A program made the translations under genes and the position numbers. From Takakia lepidozioides (taxonomy: Eukaryota > Plantae > Bryophyta): DNA of 64,000 nt. Below are positions 1-13,467 of the stretch, one piece after another. The notes under the pieces are model-generated. The model was not told where the DNA came from. It saw nothing but the letters and a program-made list of their open reading frames with translations, and made no database searches. Within the stretch, counting starts at the first letter, position 1. Each line of letters starts with the position of its first letter. The stretch lies in NCBI GenBank assembly GCA_030704615.1, contig CM060732.1:34534001-34598000 (forward strand). The letters run 5' to 3'.

Positions 1-561
1 CCAAAAGTGTACATACGTGCCTCTCTTGAGCTCTATCTTCCTATCCTGAATCATCCAAAATTTTGAACCTTAAAAATACATTCCTGACTACCACATTCAT
101 CTACTCCCAGAAAATCAGGAAGATCCACAGTTAGAATGGGTGGATTATAACAAAGTACTATTGTGAATTTTTTAAGCCCACTCAAAAATTGCATGGCAAA
201 AATGGTTTGACCATTAAATTCAAGTGTCCAGTTGGAATTTCTGAGGCAGATACCCTCCATAATCTGATTTAGTATATGGCACCCAAAGTCCCCCAAAAAT
301 CAGACCAAAATTCCAAAAATACAAATAGGCTGCTTTGTATGTGAAATCTGGGGGGTAAATTATCATGGTTTGGCTTCTTACCCAAGTCCAGCCATGACGT
401 GATATTACTTTTCTAATTCCTCTAGTAAGTGCACACTAACATTACATAGTGCCTTGTAAAAAGAAATTGGCATTTTGATATGAGCCCTAGATGTCAAGAT
501 TCCTCATTTGGCCTGCCACGTAGGCAAGCCAACGTTGGATTTCCAAACCCCTGGCACTTTG

Positions 562-842
562 CAGCGTTTTTTATGCTGACGAATTTTCACCAAATTTCAA
601 CCTCAGAAAATAAAACGGAATATTCTATCAAAAATTTCCTGTTTTTTCATGGATGAAATCGTCAAATTTCTCCAAATGAGAAATAAATTATGGATAAATT
701 TGCCAAATATGGATGATATAAATGGATTTAAAGTATGGAAGTGGATGATTCTGTCCTAATTTCGATGGATGAACAGAATGTAAGGCTCTTTTGTGCCAAA
801 CTTTGTAGCGCTATTTTCCAAATTCCAGAAAAAGACACACTG
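562..842. mobile_element. hAT-type MITE (281 bp) with 8-bp target-site duplication
   Basis: Starts CAGCGTTTTTT and ends AAAGACACACTG (imperfect TIR). Flanked by exact 8-bp direct repeats GCACTTTG at 554-561 and 843-850. Internal ATGGATGA motifs. Confidence 0.8.
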
Positions 843-2825
843 GCACTTTGAACAATTCTAGGGAGCAGAGCTTTTAACATTCCAGGGTGCTTTATCCACG
901 TGTGCTTCTCCCTAACCCCCCCACTTTACCTTCGGAACCCACTTCCATCCACTCACATCCACAAAAGGTGGATCGTGGCAAACGACTAACGCGACCCAGG
1001 GTTGCGTCGTCATTTAGGGGTCAATAATTAGTGTCATTCTTCATTCCTCTAGATCATGGTTGTCTTGCATTTTTAATCATGCGATTGGTCGTTTTGGCTA
1101 GGCTAAGGTCTCTTGGGTCCAAATCGAAGACTCCGTTCTTGCCCCTAAACTATGGATGGGGTCCCAATCTATTTCAAGCCCCGGTAACTTGTGATCCTAT
1201 CCATCCACCTACAATAAATATCCAAATTGTAGTCACCAACAAAGGATATCCAATGGCCTCTGCCCGAGGCTTGGTGCATAACAAGCTATAGAAATAATAG
1301 AATGACTCAACTCACATAGCACACACAATTCCATTTTTGGCTATCATCTACTAAAGCTAGGTTCCCATATATAGCTTCTATATGAGACCTACAAACATTC
1401 ATCGCAAGAGAACCCATGAACAGATACAAACCTCACGCACTTACACAAACTCATACAATCTAAATGGGTTGCTTCCCCACACCTCCTACGTAACCTATCC
1501 AACCACTTTTGGACATCTAACCCCACAACCAATGCACAAATCAAAGACAATACATGGGCAACCAAAAATGCAACTTATTTTGACCAACACTATACCCTAA
1601 CAAACAGTGATGATGTGTGGCGTCCAACCTCCCTAAGTAGACACATGGCCGCATCTCCTCCCGCAATGCAAACACCCCACAAATACATGGTCTCCAAATA
1701 ACTTGGTAACTCCAAAAACTCCTCCTATCACAATCTACTAGCGTAAATAAGAGTCTCTGCCCTAAGTGGGTAGTGCCTCTTTTCCAGGGTGGGCTGGGAT
1801 CTATGAAGAAAAGACCGACCGACCTATAACGTGACCAACTGGCCATTCTCAATCTTGCATTTGTGAATAATGAGAGCACTAAGTGATCGGATAATTGTGG
1901 AGTGTAGGGTGTGGAGGAGTTTAGTAGTGGCAGTGTGGGACATTAATATTGTGGCCATGGGTGCCACCTTTGACACTTGCAGTGATAATAGTTGATGGGG
2001 CGGTGCGCCAACCATGTTGGCGAAGGGGCAGGATCAGTGGGAAGTGATTTGGTTGTATGGTACCAAGTTGCGCAAGTTAATCTGCCACTTCATTGCTTGT
2101 GATACCTATATGGATCGAACTTTTGTGTCAGTGCATGTGTAGGGAGGAGGATGATGTGATATATATGATTGCTTTTATGATATTAAGGTCTAGGTGATGT
2201 ATTTGTGAGGAAGGTTTTTAAATTTATTTATGAATAGGTAGAGGGAGACTAAGCTATCTGTAAAAATATAGTGGGTTCTTTGAGTTTGGTATGGAAGGGG
2301 GATTAGGACATCATAGATGGCCATGAGCTCTGCATGCGAGATGTTTTGGTAGCCTGAGAGGCGGTTATATGTTTTTGTACTAGTGCCGATATTAGATTGG
2401 CTTGCTAATCAGTCAGTGGCTTCGCTCCATCAGTGGAACATTCCTTTACCAGGTAAGAAAGGTCTCAAAACATTGTTCCCATTGGCCTGACCTTTGTTTG
2501 CCCACAAGGAAGATACTTGGAAGTAGAAGGCTGGAAAAGGTTGATGTTGCATAAGCACTGTTTGGTTTCTTGGGGGGTCTTGGACAAGGGGTTCAGAAGA
2601 GAAGTCAGATTGTTACGATTTATCCAGCTTTCTACCTAGCATGATGCTCTGCTGAGTTATACTTCCCTAACTAGCTTTCACCACATAGGAAGGAGAATCT
2701 TTGGTGGAGTAGGGATATGCCTTCAGAGCATGGAATTTTTCTGCAACCTTTGCAGAATAAGAAAAAAAATCAGAAATCTTTTTCAAAGTCCTTAAGGCGA
2801 AGCCAATTGAGTCCAAATTCAAACC

Positions 2826-3077
2826 AATAGTCAAAAGCTCAGTTGGTTAGTGCATTGAGTGCCACCCAGATGATTCTAGGGTCAAATCGTGCTACTTGAC
2901 GGGTGTGGTGTGGTATCTCTTCTCCACCTTCCCCTGAGCAGGGTCTCATTTCTACGCCTTCATGGTGAGGGTACTGTGAAAGAGGTTATTTTCTCCTCTC
3001 ACTATTAAGGAACCTGATTTGTGAGCTGTCGCTCCCAGGTGTTTCCCTTATTTATAAGAAAAGAAAGAAAAGAAAAA
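2826..3077 (+). mobile_element. tRNA-derived SINE, copy 1
   Basis: A-box-like AGCTCAGTTGG, B-box-like GGGTCAAATCG and an A-rich tail. Body aligns by eye with copies at 21600-21811 (-) and 39838-40013 (+). Confidence 0.7.
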
Positions 3078-4023
3078 CCTACCTCATGATGGTGGCCACC
3101 TAAATTTTCAGATGTGTTCGACAAGATTTTGGTATATCTCCTTTGGAAAGATCCGGAGTTGAGTCCTCAATTTGCATTTTCTGCACTTTGCCACCTTTTT
3201 GGTTTTGGGAAAAAAAAATGGGTTTGTTGTCTGAAAAATAGAATGGTCCAAATACTTTTAGTCAAGTTGGGCCCTTCCTAGATGTATTACTAGTGTTGCA
3301 GCCTGCTGTGAACATGCATGGAAGGGGTTTTTGGATTAAATCCACCCCCTAAGATGGGGTTTATCTCTAATTTTGCCATGCCCCGTTGTTTCTTAGGGCT
3401 TATCCGATGCCCCCCGCGAATATGATGTACTACCGCCCCCAGCCTGCCCTCCGTAGGGCCAGTGGTGGCCGGGGTGACCCCATCTTCAGAGGGGGTGGCC
3501 ATTGGATATGCCCTAAGAACAAAGGGCGGGTAAACCAGTGTTAGATTTTGCCTCAAATACCCAACACTAGAAAAAATAATAAATAAATATAGGTCAAAAA
3601 CGTAATATCTGCCTAAATTAGCAGCGTAGCTACGGCGTGAGCCCAGCACCGTGAGCCTCGGAGCTGAGCTTACGTTGTAGCTGCAAAGCGTGAGCGGCAC
3701 CAATGTGATGGAGAAGCAACCCTATAGGCGAGGATTGCAGGAAGAGGGCCTATTACCGTGGACAAACGTGGACAAAACAAAGGGGCCACCATGCACCATG
3801 TCTGCAATGTTTGCACAAAAAGAGGAATATGAACATATGGCAGATTTGAGCTCAGAATGATCATCACACTTTATTTCAATTCAGAGAAAGACGCTTATAA
3901 TGAATGACATGTGCAATTACCCTGGTTCTGCGAATAAAATGTATGTGTTTGTCCTACATGCAAAGACCCCAACAAAGAATAAGCTGGAAACCAGCACGGG
4001 AAGTGGGCATGGCTCGTTTCTGG

Positions 4024-7000
4024 TCACAGAGAATCTGGCGGAGCCCCACGGCAGATGTCTTGCTGCAGAAGAGTGATGACTTCTCCATAGCCTAGTGTGG
4101 CTTGGTGAATGAATTGGTCTCTCTTACCGTCGCAGCACATAATTATAAGGTATATGTAATATTGATGCTTGCAGGGGACCCACTTCCTTTCATGCCGAGA
4201 GCGCCCTCGCGCATTGTTACAACATCCAGAAACGTGCACGCCGGGAAATTCCCCAGGGTAACCTGATATTCTTTGCCATGAAGAACTGAGCCAGTAGACA
4301 ACACTGTGTAAATCCGTCATACCTCGGGGCCGAGACTTCGGTGATACGAGTCACCCGAGCCTGGAAAATTCTAGCCGATTCCATCTTGCAGTCGTGATTT
4401 GCACCCGAAGCGACACGACGCACTGTTTTTTCATCTTTTTTTGTTGGGTGGGAGTCGGCAACGGGTGGAGGCATTGCCGGACAATGTGGCACATCTGTGC
4501 CCAGAGTGCATGAGGGGCACCACCCGGAACGGGCAAGACGGAACCCCCCCCCCCCCCCCCCCCCCTCCAGCATGCTATCTAGGTTGATGACAGCGATGTC
4601 CCAGTTTCATAGGCCAAATTGCGGGCGGAGGGGGCTCCATTATCACCGAAGGACGAACTGTTCCCTTGACGCATCGTGCCATATCGTTTGGGCAAAACCA
4701 GAACTTGTGGTCCTTTGACTTCCCACTATAATAAGGTCGGAACAAACCTGTGAATGTTGGAGCTGAAGTCCCCATGGAGCTTTTGCATATTTTTTTATTT
4801 GCATTTCTTGAATGAGGGGATCCGAATTCCATTGCAATCTACTCTAGATCCTGGTGGGGTGCATTCTATATGCCACTCAGTCAATGCAATCAGATTCATG
4901 CACCAATGCCACCACCTCCTCCAATGGGATTCCTGCTATTGTGCTTGCATGATTTGCACCTGCTCCACTGGAAGAGGACCCACCGGAAGGGGCGGGGCAC
5001 ATGATTAGTCTGCACCGGGACACCTTTGGTACAGAGAAATGACCCTGTCCGGCCGATGGGGATCTCCATCCGACCCTGGAGGAGTGTTCAATTTCCTTTT
5101 GCATGATCCAAATGTTTCCTCGCCTTCCAAATGGGGGACCCGGGATGCCAAGGGGAGCCTTCAGTGCACTTATTCAGAGCTCCCGCCATCTTTGATGGGT
5201 CTCCGGACCTGATTGTAGCCCTTAGCATCAACAAAGTTGTATCAGGGCCCGTGCCTCGGCCGTCCATCAAAATTGCGGGGTATCTGGTTTGTTGTGTAAG
5301 TGCCCGCACCATGTCATCTGTAGTGGCCACATACAAGTCATGGTAGACTGCTGCATCCAGGCATTGTGAACAATTTCCGCCAAATTACAGGAAGACATGT
5401 CGGCCAAGTCCTCCAAGGACATGTCATGCAGGAGGCATTACACGTAAATGTGAGGAACGAAAGGAAATGGAAGAAGTTCTGTAAGTGACAATCCAACAAC
5501 CCCAAAGGAACAGGCACGATGCGAAGTGAAATTTGGTTTCTGGTATTGAAAAGGCTTACCGTCGTCATGAAAGTTCCCCACTGTCTGTACCTGAAGTGCC
5601 CAAAAACCAATCAGTCCTCCAACTCCTTCAAGTGGATCCTAGTAGCAGCACCAGAGGAGAACCACCAAGCCTGGATTGCTTGGTAAGTGCTCTCAGCTTC
5701 TCCCATTGCGGTGACATTTTTGTACTTGAGGCAGAGCCTTCTATGCTCCAACTGGAGGTCAGGTCGAATGCAACGCTTTGTATGACGTATTAGAGATTGA
5801 CTCCAATGGAAGAGGCATGTGCGCTCCCTATTTTCCATTGGGACCTTAGGATCCCCCGAACAAAAGATGTGCCGCACTGCATTGAAATTTGCCTGTGCAC
5901 TATCAGCCATGAAACCCGCCAAATTGTGTTCTGCATTTGTGTCTCATTCCATTCGCGCACGGCATGACGGCCAGGAGAGAATTCCACATGAGCATTTGGG
6001 ATTCAGTGTTCTCCGACTACATATCACAAATTGCTATGGAGAGCATATGTTAGTATGCTGGATCATACACATGGCACGCCATGGTTGTCCAACCCTACAC
6101 CCGTTTGCAGTGATCAAACATTAACCAACATTTTGCCAAATCTCCTCTAGGTTGCATTCGGCGGACAATGCTCATACCACTGCCTTTGCCCACTGTGGAT
6201 ATCTTGAACAAATACACCTTGGACGAGCCCTGGCCAGGGAAGATACTGTTTTGAATGAGTTCATAGCGACTCCTCCGTTGAGGTCCATAATGTTGTCCGT
6301 GAATCCAGCACTGTCTGTGCCCATTCTGAGTGCATTCACCTGGTTTTGAATATTGGGAGCTGATCTCAACATGGAGAAATGGTCCATCACTGCATCAAAC
6401 AAATCTACATCCGGCATTGGTTGTGTCGCATCTCTTTCATCCAATATGTGTTTTTTCATGAATGCCTTGCTAGCTGCAAACGCTATAGTAAAAGGTGTTG
6501 CACAAGGGGCATTGTGGAACTCCTACTTCAGAAGATTTCTAGCGATGTCCACGCTATCCATGCAACTTCCCTTTGACACAGGATTCTCATGTGTACCCAT
6601 ATAAATGCAGACACGAGTCATTGTCTTGCAGCGGTGTGCCACCTGGTACATACGAGGGTGGCACATAGAAACACAGGACGGGGCAAGTTTGTAGAACCTG
6701 CACACAAAAGTATTGGTCTTGGGAGGGGCAAACCCTAGTGTGAAAAGATTTAGGGGCACCCCTTTCCCACTCACTTTCGTTTGGTTTAGAGCTATTTCTC
6801 AGGCGAGGGCAAGAAGTATTTAGGCACTTGCAATGTCCAACGCAAACCGACCTTCGAAATTTCAATCCAATGTCGTTGTGGATGTTCGATGTTTTTGTCC
6901 TACACCAAGGGTGTCCGTCATGTCTCTTGTCCATGCCCTGCAAAAGCCCAGCTAGTCCACTGGAAGACGTGGGAGGGTTGAGCTCAAACAAAATGTCCCC

Positions 7001-7589
7001 GTCAAACTCTGCTGGCACATATTGAACCCGCTGTACCCGAAAAGACTCCCAATCAACAAAACGCAGTTCGCTCTTGCATCCCCTGCGAGGGCTCTCAATT
7101 TTGGAATGACACTCATTATCTCCTGCAATTGTCATCATCCAAGAATGGAGTCTGGATTGGCACATGAATCTCAGAAACATCCTCTGAGGACGAGTCTGAA
7201 AGAGTCACGAATGTAGTGGATGTGCTCACTTCTTGTTTCACATGAACTGTGTCTTTCTGCTGCACGACCAATGCTGCAGTGCCAGGGGTAACTACTGATC
7301 CTGTTGATTGTCTTCTCTCTTTTCCAAGGACCCGGTATGTGCCTGGAAAGACTCTCCACTTCTTCCCACACTCACCAACCAATGGTTTCTGCAAGTGCCC
7401 AGAATCCAAATTCCTATCTTCGTCATACACCTCTTTTTGAACAAGCAGAGAACCCAATCCCAGAGGGAACACTGTAACTAGCTCATCCTCATGAACAACT
7501 GCAAACCCATCGTCATCTGCAGTGGCAGTCAAAGGAAGAATACCTGCATTGGAATGAAATTGAGCGAGTCTGTCTCCCTCCCTGGACAT
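4024..7589 (-). pseudogene. Frameshifted MULE-type transposase (GCM-like, DDE, SWIM)
   Basis: Fragments DGHPWCRTKTSNI, FMADSAQANFNAVR, RERTCLFHW, KFWFC and VPCKH are colinear with the 58883-62398 protein. Many stops and frameshifts. Same intron position (5559-5426) but with the acceptor mutated AG to AT. Confidence 0.9.
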
Positions 7590-8497
7590 GTTTTCCTACA
7601 CTGACCCAAAGTTGCGATCCACAAAGGGTCCCTGAACTAATATCCCGTAATTCTCGAGAGGGGATCTACCCCAAACAAATTGAGGTGAATAAGTGTAGCA
7701 CTATCCCAATGACTGCGGGCGATGTATGCAAATGATTTTGGGGTTTACAATCTTTTATAAGAATGCCATGCATGGCGAAAGTCCGCACCGAACTCCGCAG
7801 TCAGCCACATTGAGAGACACCAACTAGAAAAATTGTCTTCAAAGACAAGAAGCCACAAGAAGCCGTATAGTGTTTGGATGAAAAGCAAACCCTGCAAAGG
7901 ATATGAAGCCATCTATTATGGAAAGACGGTAATGGCCCCACAAGTCCAATAAACATGATACCCTGAGTCAAATTTGTTTGTGCTGTACCAAAAGAGCACA
8001 ACACAAACACTTACACTCAGGGGAGACACTCCGCACGAAGGTGCGCAACACATTACGATTGTTGACATCAAGCTTTATGCCGAAATGACTGCATTGCGCC
8101 GGTGACGGCAAAATGCAAATCACAGGATAGGCAGTACAACATACGTGGATGCATTTGTGAAGCATCACAATTATTGCCAATGTGCAAGTATTCTTAAAAA
8201 TTCGACTTGCGATCGATTTTTACGGCGCTTCTCAAATTCCATGAATGCAAGAAGTCTGTCGTGTACTGGCAGCCGGCGAAGTACATCTGACATATCCCAC
8301 AAATAGACGGAACGACACTTGAAGTGCCACCACTTACTTTTTTGGATAATTGAAAGATGGAGAAATGGATGAATTCCGTTCGCACATAATGATGACACCC
8401 GCATCCAAATACGGTTAACAATGTCCAAATTGTATTTTGGATACATGCCAAAGCAACCGTTGGTGCAAACGTCAAACTGGAGAGCTCTAGAGGTAGC

Positions 8498-10245
8498 GTG
8501 GGGAGCGTTTGTTTCCACCGGAGGAAGAAGAGAAGGAAGTCGCTATACTTTACTAGCACTAGGGAGAGGAAGAGAGCCAGAGATATAATGAGGTTGGAAA
8601 GAGTAGACGAAGAGGGAAAGGAGGAAGATGAGGGCAATGAGGAAAGGTTGGCGATGCAAGAGCAGGATTTTGGAGAGGAACAATAGCCCCCCATACTGCC
8701 GAGAACGGGTGAGGAGGAGACTGCATCCGAGGGAGTGTTGGACGCCGAAGAGGATGTTGATGGTGGCCTCATGAAGAAGGAGACAGTGGAAAAGAGGATG
8801 GCGGAGATGCTCCAGAACATGCTCGGCGTAGACAGCAGTCCAAAGCGCAAAGGGTCTCCTGCGATTGGAGAGACATCCAACGCAACACAAAGAAAGGTAC
8901 AAGTCTGTCATGACAGCCCTCATCTTGTTGTTTTTTGATTTCAAAATGTACCTCACCAGCCCAGTCCGCCATGTATTAAAAACACCTACATGGAAGCACG
9001 AAATAGTGTGCGGCAACGCACACTGTTTGTGCCCCCCTGCTTTGTTTATTTTTGATGTCAAACTCTACCACACCAGCCCAGTCTCCCATATCAAAATGTA
9101 GCTGGATGGAAGCACGAAACAGTGTGCGACAACGCACACTATTTATGCCCTTCTTTTTTGCTTGTTCTTCATGTCAAAATGAACCAGACCAGGCCAGTCT
9201 GTGGTGTATCACACACATTTAGATGGAAGCACGAAATAGTGTGCGTCACCGCACACTGTTTGTGCCCCTCTACTTGGTTTTTTTCTATGTCAAATTGTGT
9301 CACCCCAAGGCTGCTTGTCAAGTTCAAATCACACCTATATGGAAGCACAAAACAGTGTGCGGCAACGCACACTGTTTGTGCCCCCCACTTTGCTTGTTTT
9401 TTGATGTCAAAATGGGGCACACAGGGCCAGTCTGCCATGTTCAAAACACCCCCAATTGGAAGCACGAAACAGTGTGCGGCAACACACACTGTTTGTGCCC
9501 CCCACTTTGCTTGTTTTTTGATGGGAAAATGTGCCATACAGGGCCAGTCTGCCATGTTCAAAACACCCCCAATTGGAAGCACGAAAGAGTGTGCGACAAC
9601 GCACACTGTTTGTGCCTCCCCATATTTGTTTTTTTGTATGTCAAAATGAACCACACCAGCAGTGTCTGTCTGGTTCAAAACACACCTAATTGGAAGCACC
9701 AAACAGTATGCGGTGCCACACACTGTTTGTGCCCCTCTTCTTTGCCAATTTTTGATGTCAAAATGTAACACACCAAGCCAGTCTGTCATGTCTCAGGCCC
9801 GTTGTATTTTATTCACCCAACTCTGTCTATCAGGCTTCAATCAACTTGTAAGCACATAATAGTCACTCTTGTCTACATTTCTTGAAACCCTTGTCAAATG
9901 TTCTATTTGGTTTGGAATGAACTCATTCAGTTCTCTCTCTTGCTTTAAACAGAGACAAATGGAAGCAAGAAATATGAAGCCATCTTGATTCTTTTTGAAA
10001 CTTTGAAGCACACATCAAGCAAGAGATGACCGCAACAAGAAAGAATATTATCAGTGCTTTTGTGAAGCAGTTGAGAATTGCCGACCCATCCTTCGGACCA
10101 CAGTTTCTTCAAGAGGTGAAAAACCATTTCAACAAGCCAGGCAAGCCGGAGATGGCCCAGGAGAAGTTGCACAGGTTATCTACCACCATTGTGTCTTCAG
10201 CCTACTATCAGCACAGGAGTGGGCCGTGGAGGAGTCACACGAGCC
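8498..10245 (+). pseudogene. Remnant of the accessory gene in copy A
   Basis: RRKSLYFTSTRERKRAR (8498-8686) matches copy B RRKSLYFTSLRERRRAR. SAFVKQLRIADPSFGPQFLQ...EMAQEKLHRL (10026-10265) matches SAFGKQLRIVDPGLGPEFLQ...EMQQEKLHRL. The ParB exon is not seen here and the 3' part is lost. Confidence 0.8.
8930..9790. repeat. Seven-unit ~117-bp tandem array, most units carrying a long palindrome
   Basis: GGAAGCAC anchor at 8992, 9108, 9225, 9341, 9458, 9575 and 9692. Consensus hairpin AAACAGTGTGCG-GCAA-CGCACACTGTTT; the last unit is degenerate. Confidence 0.95.
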
Positions 10246-10254
10246 CCAGTTTTT

Positions 10255-13126
10255 GCTTTATGTAAGACAAGTGAAGGGAGAAGGCGATGGGGAGCCGAGC
10301 CCAGATTGGATAAAGGGGATTTTAGAGAAATACCAGGATGTGATGCCGGAGGATCTACCAAGCGGCTTGCCACCGTGAATAGGAGTTGACCACAAGATTG
10401 AGGTGATACCGGGATCGGAACCGCCTGCCAAGGCGCCCTACCGGTTGAGCCACAGAGAGTTGGTCGAGTTGAAGGCTCAGCTCAAGGATCTAATGTAAAA
10501 AGGGTACATCCAGTCGAGTAAGTCACCTGACGGAGCCCCGGTGCTATTTGAAGATAAGAAAGATGGGACGTTGCGGATGTCTGTCGATTACAGGGCCCTG
10601 AATAAGGTAACTATCAAGAACCGGTATCCTTTGCCAAGGATCGACGACCTCTTCGATCGGTTGGCAGGAGTGAAGTATTTCAGCCGGATCCATTTGCGCT
10701 CCGGGTATCATCAGATCCGAGTGGCGAAAGGAGATAAGGAAAAGACCGCGTGCAGGACAAGGTATGGTTCATATGAGTTCGTGGTGATGCCTTTTTGTCT
10801 CACCAACGCACCCGCAACCTTTAGCACGCTGATGAACAGCCTTTTTCAGGAGTGGCTGGATGACTTTGTGATCGTGTACATCGACGACATCTTGGTATAC
10901 TTGAAAACAAAGGAGGAGCACCCGGAGCACCTCAGAAGGGTGTTCCAGAAATTGCGGGAAGGGAAGCTGTATGCCAAAGCTTCAAAGTGCGAATTCGGGG
11001 TCACAAAAATGAAGTTCCCGGGGCATGTGATTACACAGGATTGGATCAAAATGGATAATAGAAAGGTGAGGGCGATCTTGGACTGGGAGCCTCCGACTTC
11101 GGTCTCGGGAATGCGATCCTTCCTAGGACTCCCCTCCTATTATCGAAAGTATGTGAGAAATTTTGCCAAGATCGCGGGGCAGCTGTCAGACCTTCTGTGT
11201 AAATGCAAGGTACGAGTATGGAACACCTTTTGTGGCCAAGCTTTTGCCGAGTTGAAACAGCGGATGGCGGAAGCTCTAGTCTTGAAAATCCCGGAGTTCG
11301 ATTGTCCGTTTGAGATTCATACAGATGCGTCGGACTTCACGATTGGGGGTATATTTATGCAAGATGGATGTCCACTGGCTTACGAAAGTAAGAAACTGAA
11401 TGAAGTGGAGCGACGGTGGCCTACACATGAGAAGGAAATGAAGGCGGTGGTGCATTGCCTTGAGCTTTGACGCCACTATGTTGGTTCCAACCCAGTGAAG
11501 GTGTTCACGGACAATGTCACAGTGAAGTATTTTGCCACGCAGCCTAAGTTGTCCCCAAAACAACTTAGGTGGCAAGATACTTTGGCGGTGTTCGACGTGG
11601 ATATCCAGTACAAACCGGGACGGGACAATGTGGTGACCGATGCTTTAAATCGAAAACAGCAGCTCATGTTGATGTACAAGGGAAGATTCGGAAGGCTTAC
11701 CGGAAGGATGAGATGGCGAAGTCCGTGATGTGGGACTTGAGGATGGGGGTTAAATTGCAGTTGCAGTTGCAAAATGGGCTGCTCCGGTATAAGCAAAAGC
11801 GTCTCTACGTGTCGAAGGGAGGGATCAGAGATAGTCTCTTGAAAGAATGTCATGATGGCCCGCTTGTGGGCCACGGCGGAGCCAAGCGCACCGCGACACT
11901 CTTGAAGAAAAAGTATTTCTGGCTCAAACTAAGGGAGGAGGCCGATAAGTATGTCAAGACATGCACCACATGCCAACAAAACCGGAGCGAGTACAAAAAG
12001 CAACCGGGCTGTTACAACCCTTGCCGATTCCAGAGGGGTCTTGGGAAAGTGTCTCAATGGATTTCATGACTGCTATGGGATTCGATGCAATCATAGTGGT
12101 GGTGGATAGGTTCAGTAAAATGGGCCATCTCATCCCTACCAAGGAGACAACGGTGCAGGAGACGAGACGACTTTACTTCGCCCACGTCTTCAAGTATCAT
12201 GGACTCCCGAAGGATATTGTCTCGAACCGCGATCCAAAGTTTACGAGTAAATTTTGGAGGGCACTTTGGAAGAAGATGGGGACGAGGCTCAAGATAAGCA
12301 CCGCCTTCCGACCTACGACGGACGGCCAAACGGAAAGAGTGAATTCCATGGTGAAGCAGATCTTGCGGAGTTATGTGTCAGTAGACCAATCAGACTGAGT
12401 GGAGCACTTGGACGCGGCGGAATTATGTTATAATAACACAAAATACTCCGCAACGAGAGTTTCCCCTTTCGTATTGGTCTATGGAAAAGCACCTTTGGTG
12501 CCGACAAGTTGGGTCGCCCAGGACATTGAGAAACCAGCAGCAGCGACGGTACTGGAAGAACTCGAACGTTTGTTGAAGCTCACAAACATTGTCAAAGCTA
12601 GGAAATGGTATAAACGACAGACGAATCGGAAGTGGATGGAAGTTAAGTTTGAGGCAGGCACGGAGGTCTGGTTGAACATCAAGAATTTCCGACTACCTCC
12701 GAAATTGAGCCCGAAGTTCATACCTCCGTATACGGAACCCTTTTGCATCCGAAAGGTTATGAAGGAAAATGTGTATGAATTAGAGCGGCCGGCAAACAGC
12801 AAGGTGCTACCGATATTCCACGTCTCCTTTTGAAGCCTTACTTCAAAGATGAAATGCGTCCGAATCGGCATCAAGTGTTGCGTTCGTCACCTGTGTTGTT
12901 GGATCATGAAAATGAACCTGAGTACGAGGTAGAGACAGTGCTTAAGTCGATGAAGTTCAAGAATCAAGAAACGGAGTACTCGTGAAATGAAAGGTTTATC
13001 ATCATGTGAAAACATCTTGGGTGCGTGCCGCAGAAATGGACAACGCAGACGAGATGGTTGCAACGGACGTCCTCAAAAACGGAGAACGTTGATGGGGACA
13101 TTAACCTTGGAACGTGGGGAAAAAAT
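10255..13126 (+). mobile_element. Ty3/gypsy chromovirus-type pol remnant (RT, RNase H, integrase, chromodomain)
   Basis: RT motifs [16 protein letters not shown] and YIDD. RNase H TDAS. Integrase H-H-C-C, SMDF, DRFSK and TDGQTER. Chromodomain EYEVETVL at about 12919. Purine tract at 13109-13126. Contains stops and frameshifts; gag and 5' LTR not seen. Confidence 0.95.
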
Positions 13127-13467
13127 GCATATTTAACCCAGCTTAGCTAACTCAAGGTTTCAACTGCAAATATTTATATTGTACAAATTTTGTTGTAAAA
13201 AAAATGGTTTCTAAATTATGTGCGTGCTATTTTGTTTAGAATGATGATGCATGATATGGTCACCTAACTATGTAAAGTGCATGCTAGCTTACAAAAACAG
13301 GAGATAAATTAGATTAATCATGTATTTACGTAGTGCCAAAATTGAGTCATTCCAATCCAAGGGGCAAAAAAACTTGCGCCCTTCTTGGGGAATTCACTTG
13401 CTACCGCGCACCTAACGCATGCGCGTACTATAATTGCACTACCGATGGGGTTGCCTTGTAGTGCGAG

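Larger units (their letters stand above)
3620..10250 (-). mobile_element. Decayed copy (A) of the MULE-like element with divergent accessory gene
   Basis: Transposase remnant (-) and accessory-gene remnant (+) homologous to those at 53491-62398. Subterminal CGTGAGC repeats and CCTATTACCGTGGA at 3635-3762 match motifs near the end of copy B. Truncated on the right by a Ty3/gypsy element. Boundaries approximate. Confidence 0.85.

Noticed and set aside
1000-2800. Possible LINE ORF1 or retroelement remnant
   Set aside because: Too degenerate to support a call by eye.
2836-2880. tRNA gene
   Set aside because: A/B-box-like motifs are present but no convincing cloverleaf; the sequence continues into a SINE body.
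4544-4566. Poly-C run giving poly-Pro or poly-Gly ORFs
   Set aside because: Homopolymer expansion inside the dead transposase; absent from copy B.
9122-9789. Repetitive Cys/His-rich ORFs on both strands
   Set aside because: Artefact of the 117-bp (39-codon) tandem repeat. Open in several frames and located in an inferred intron.
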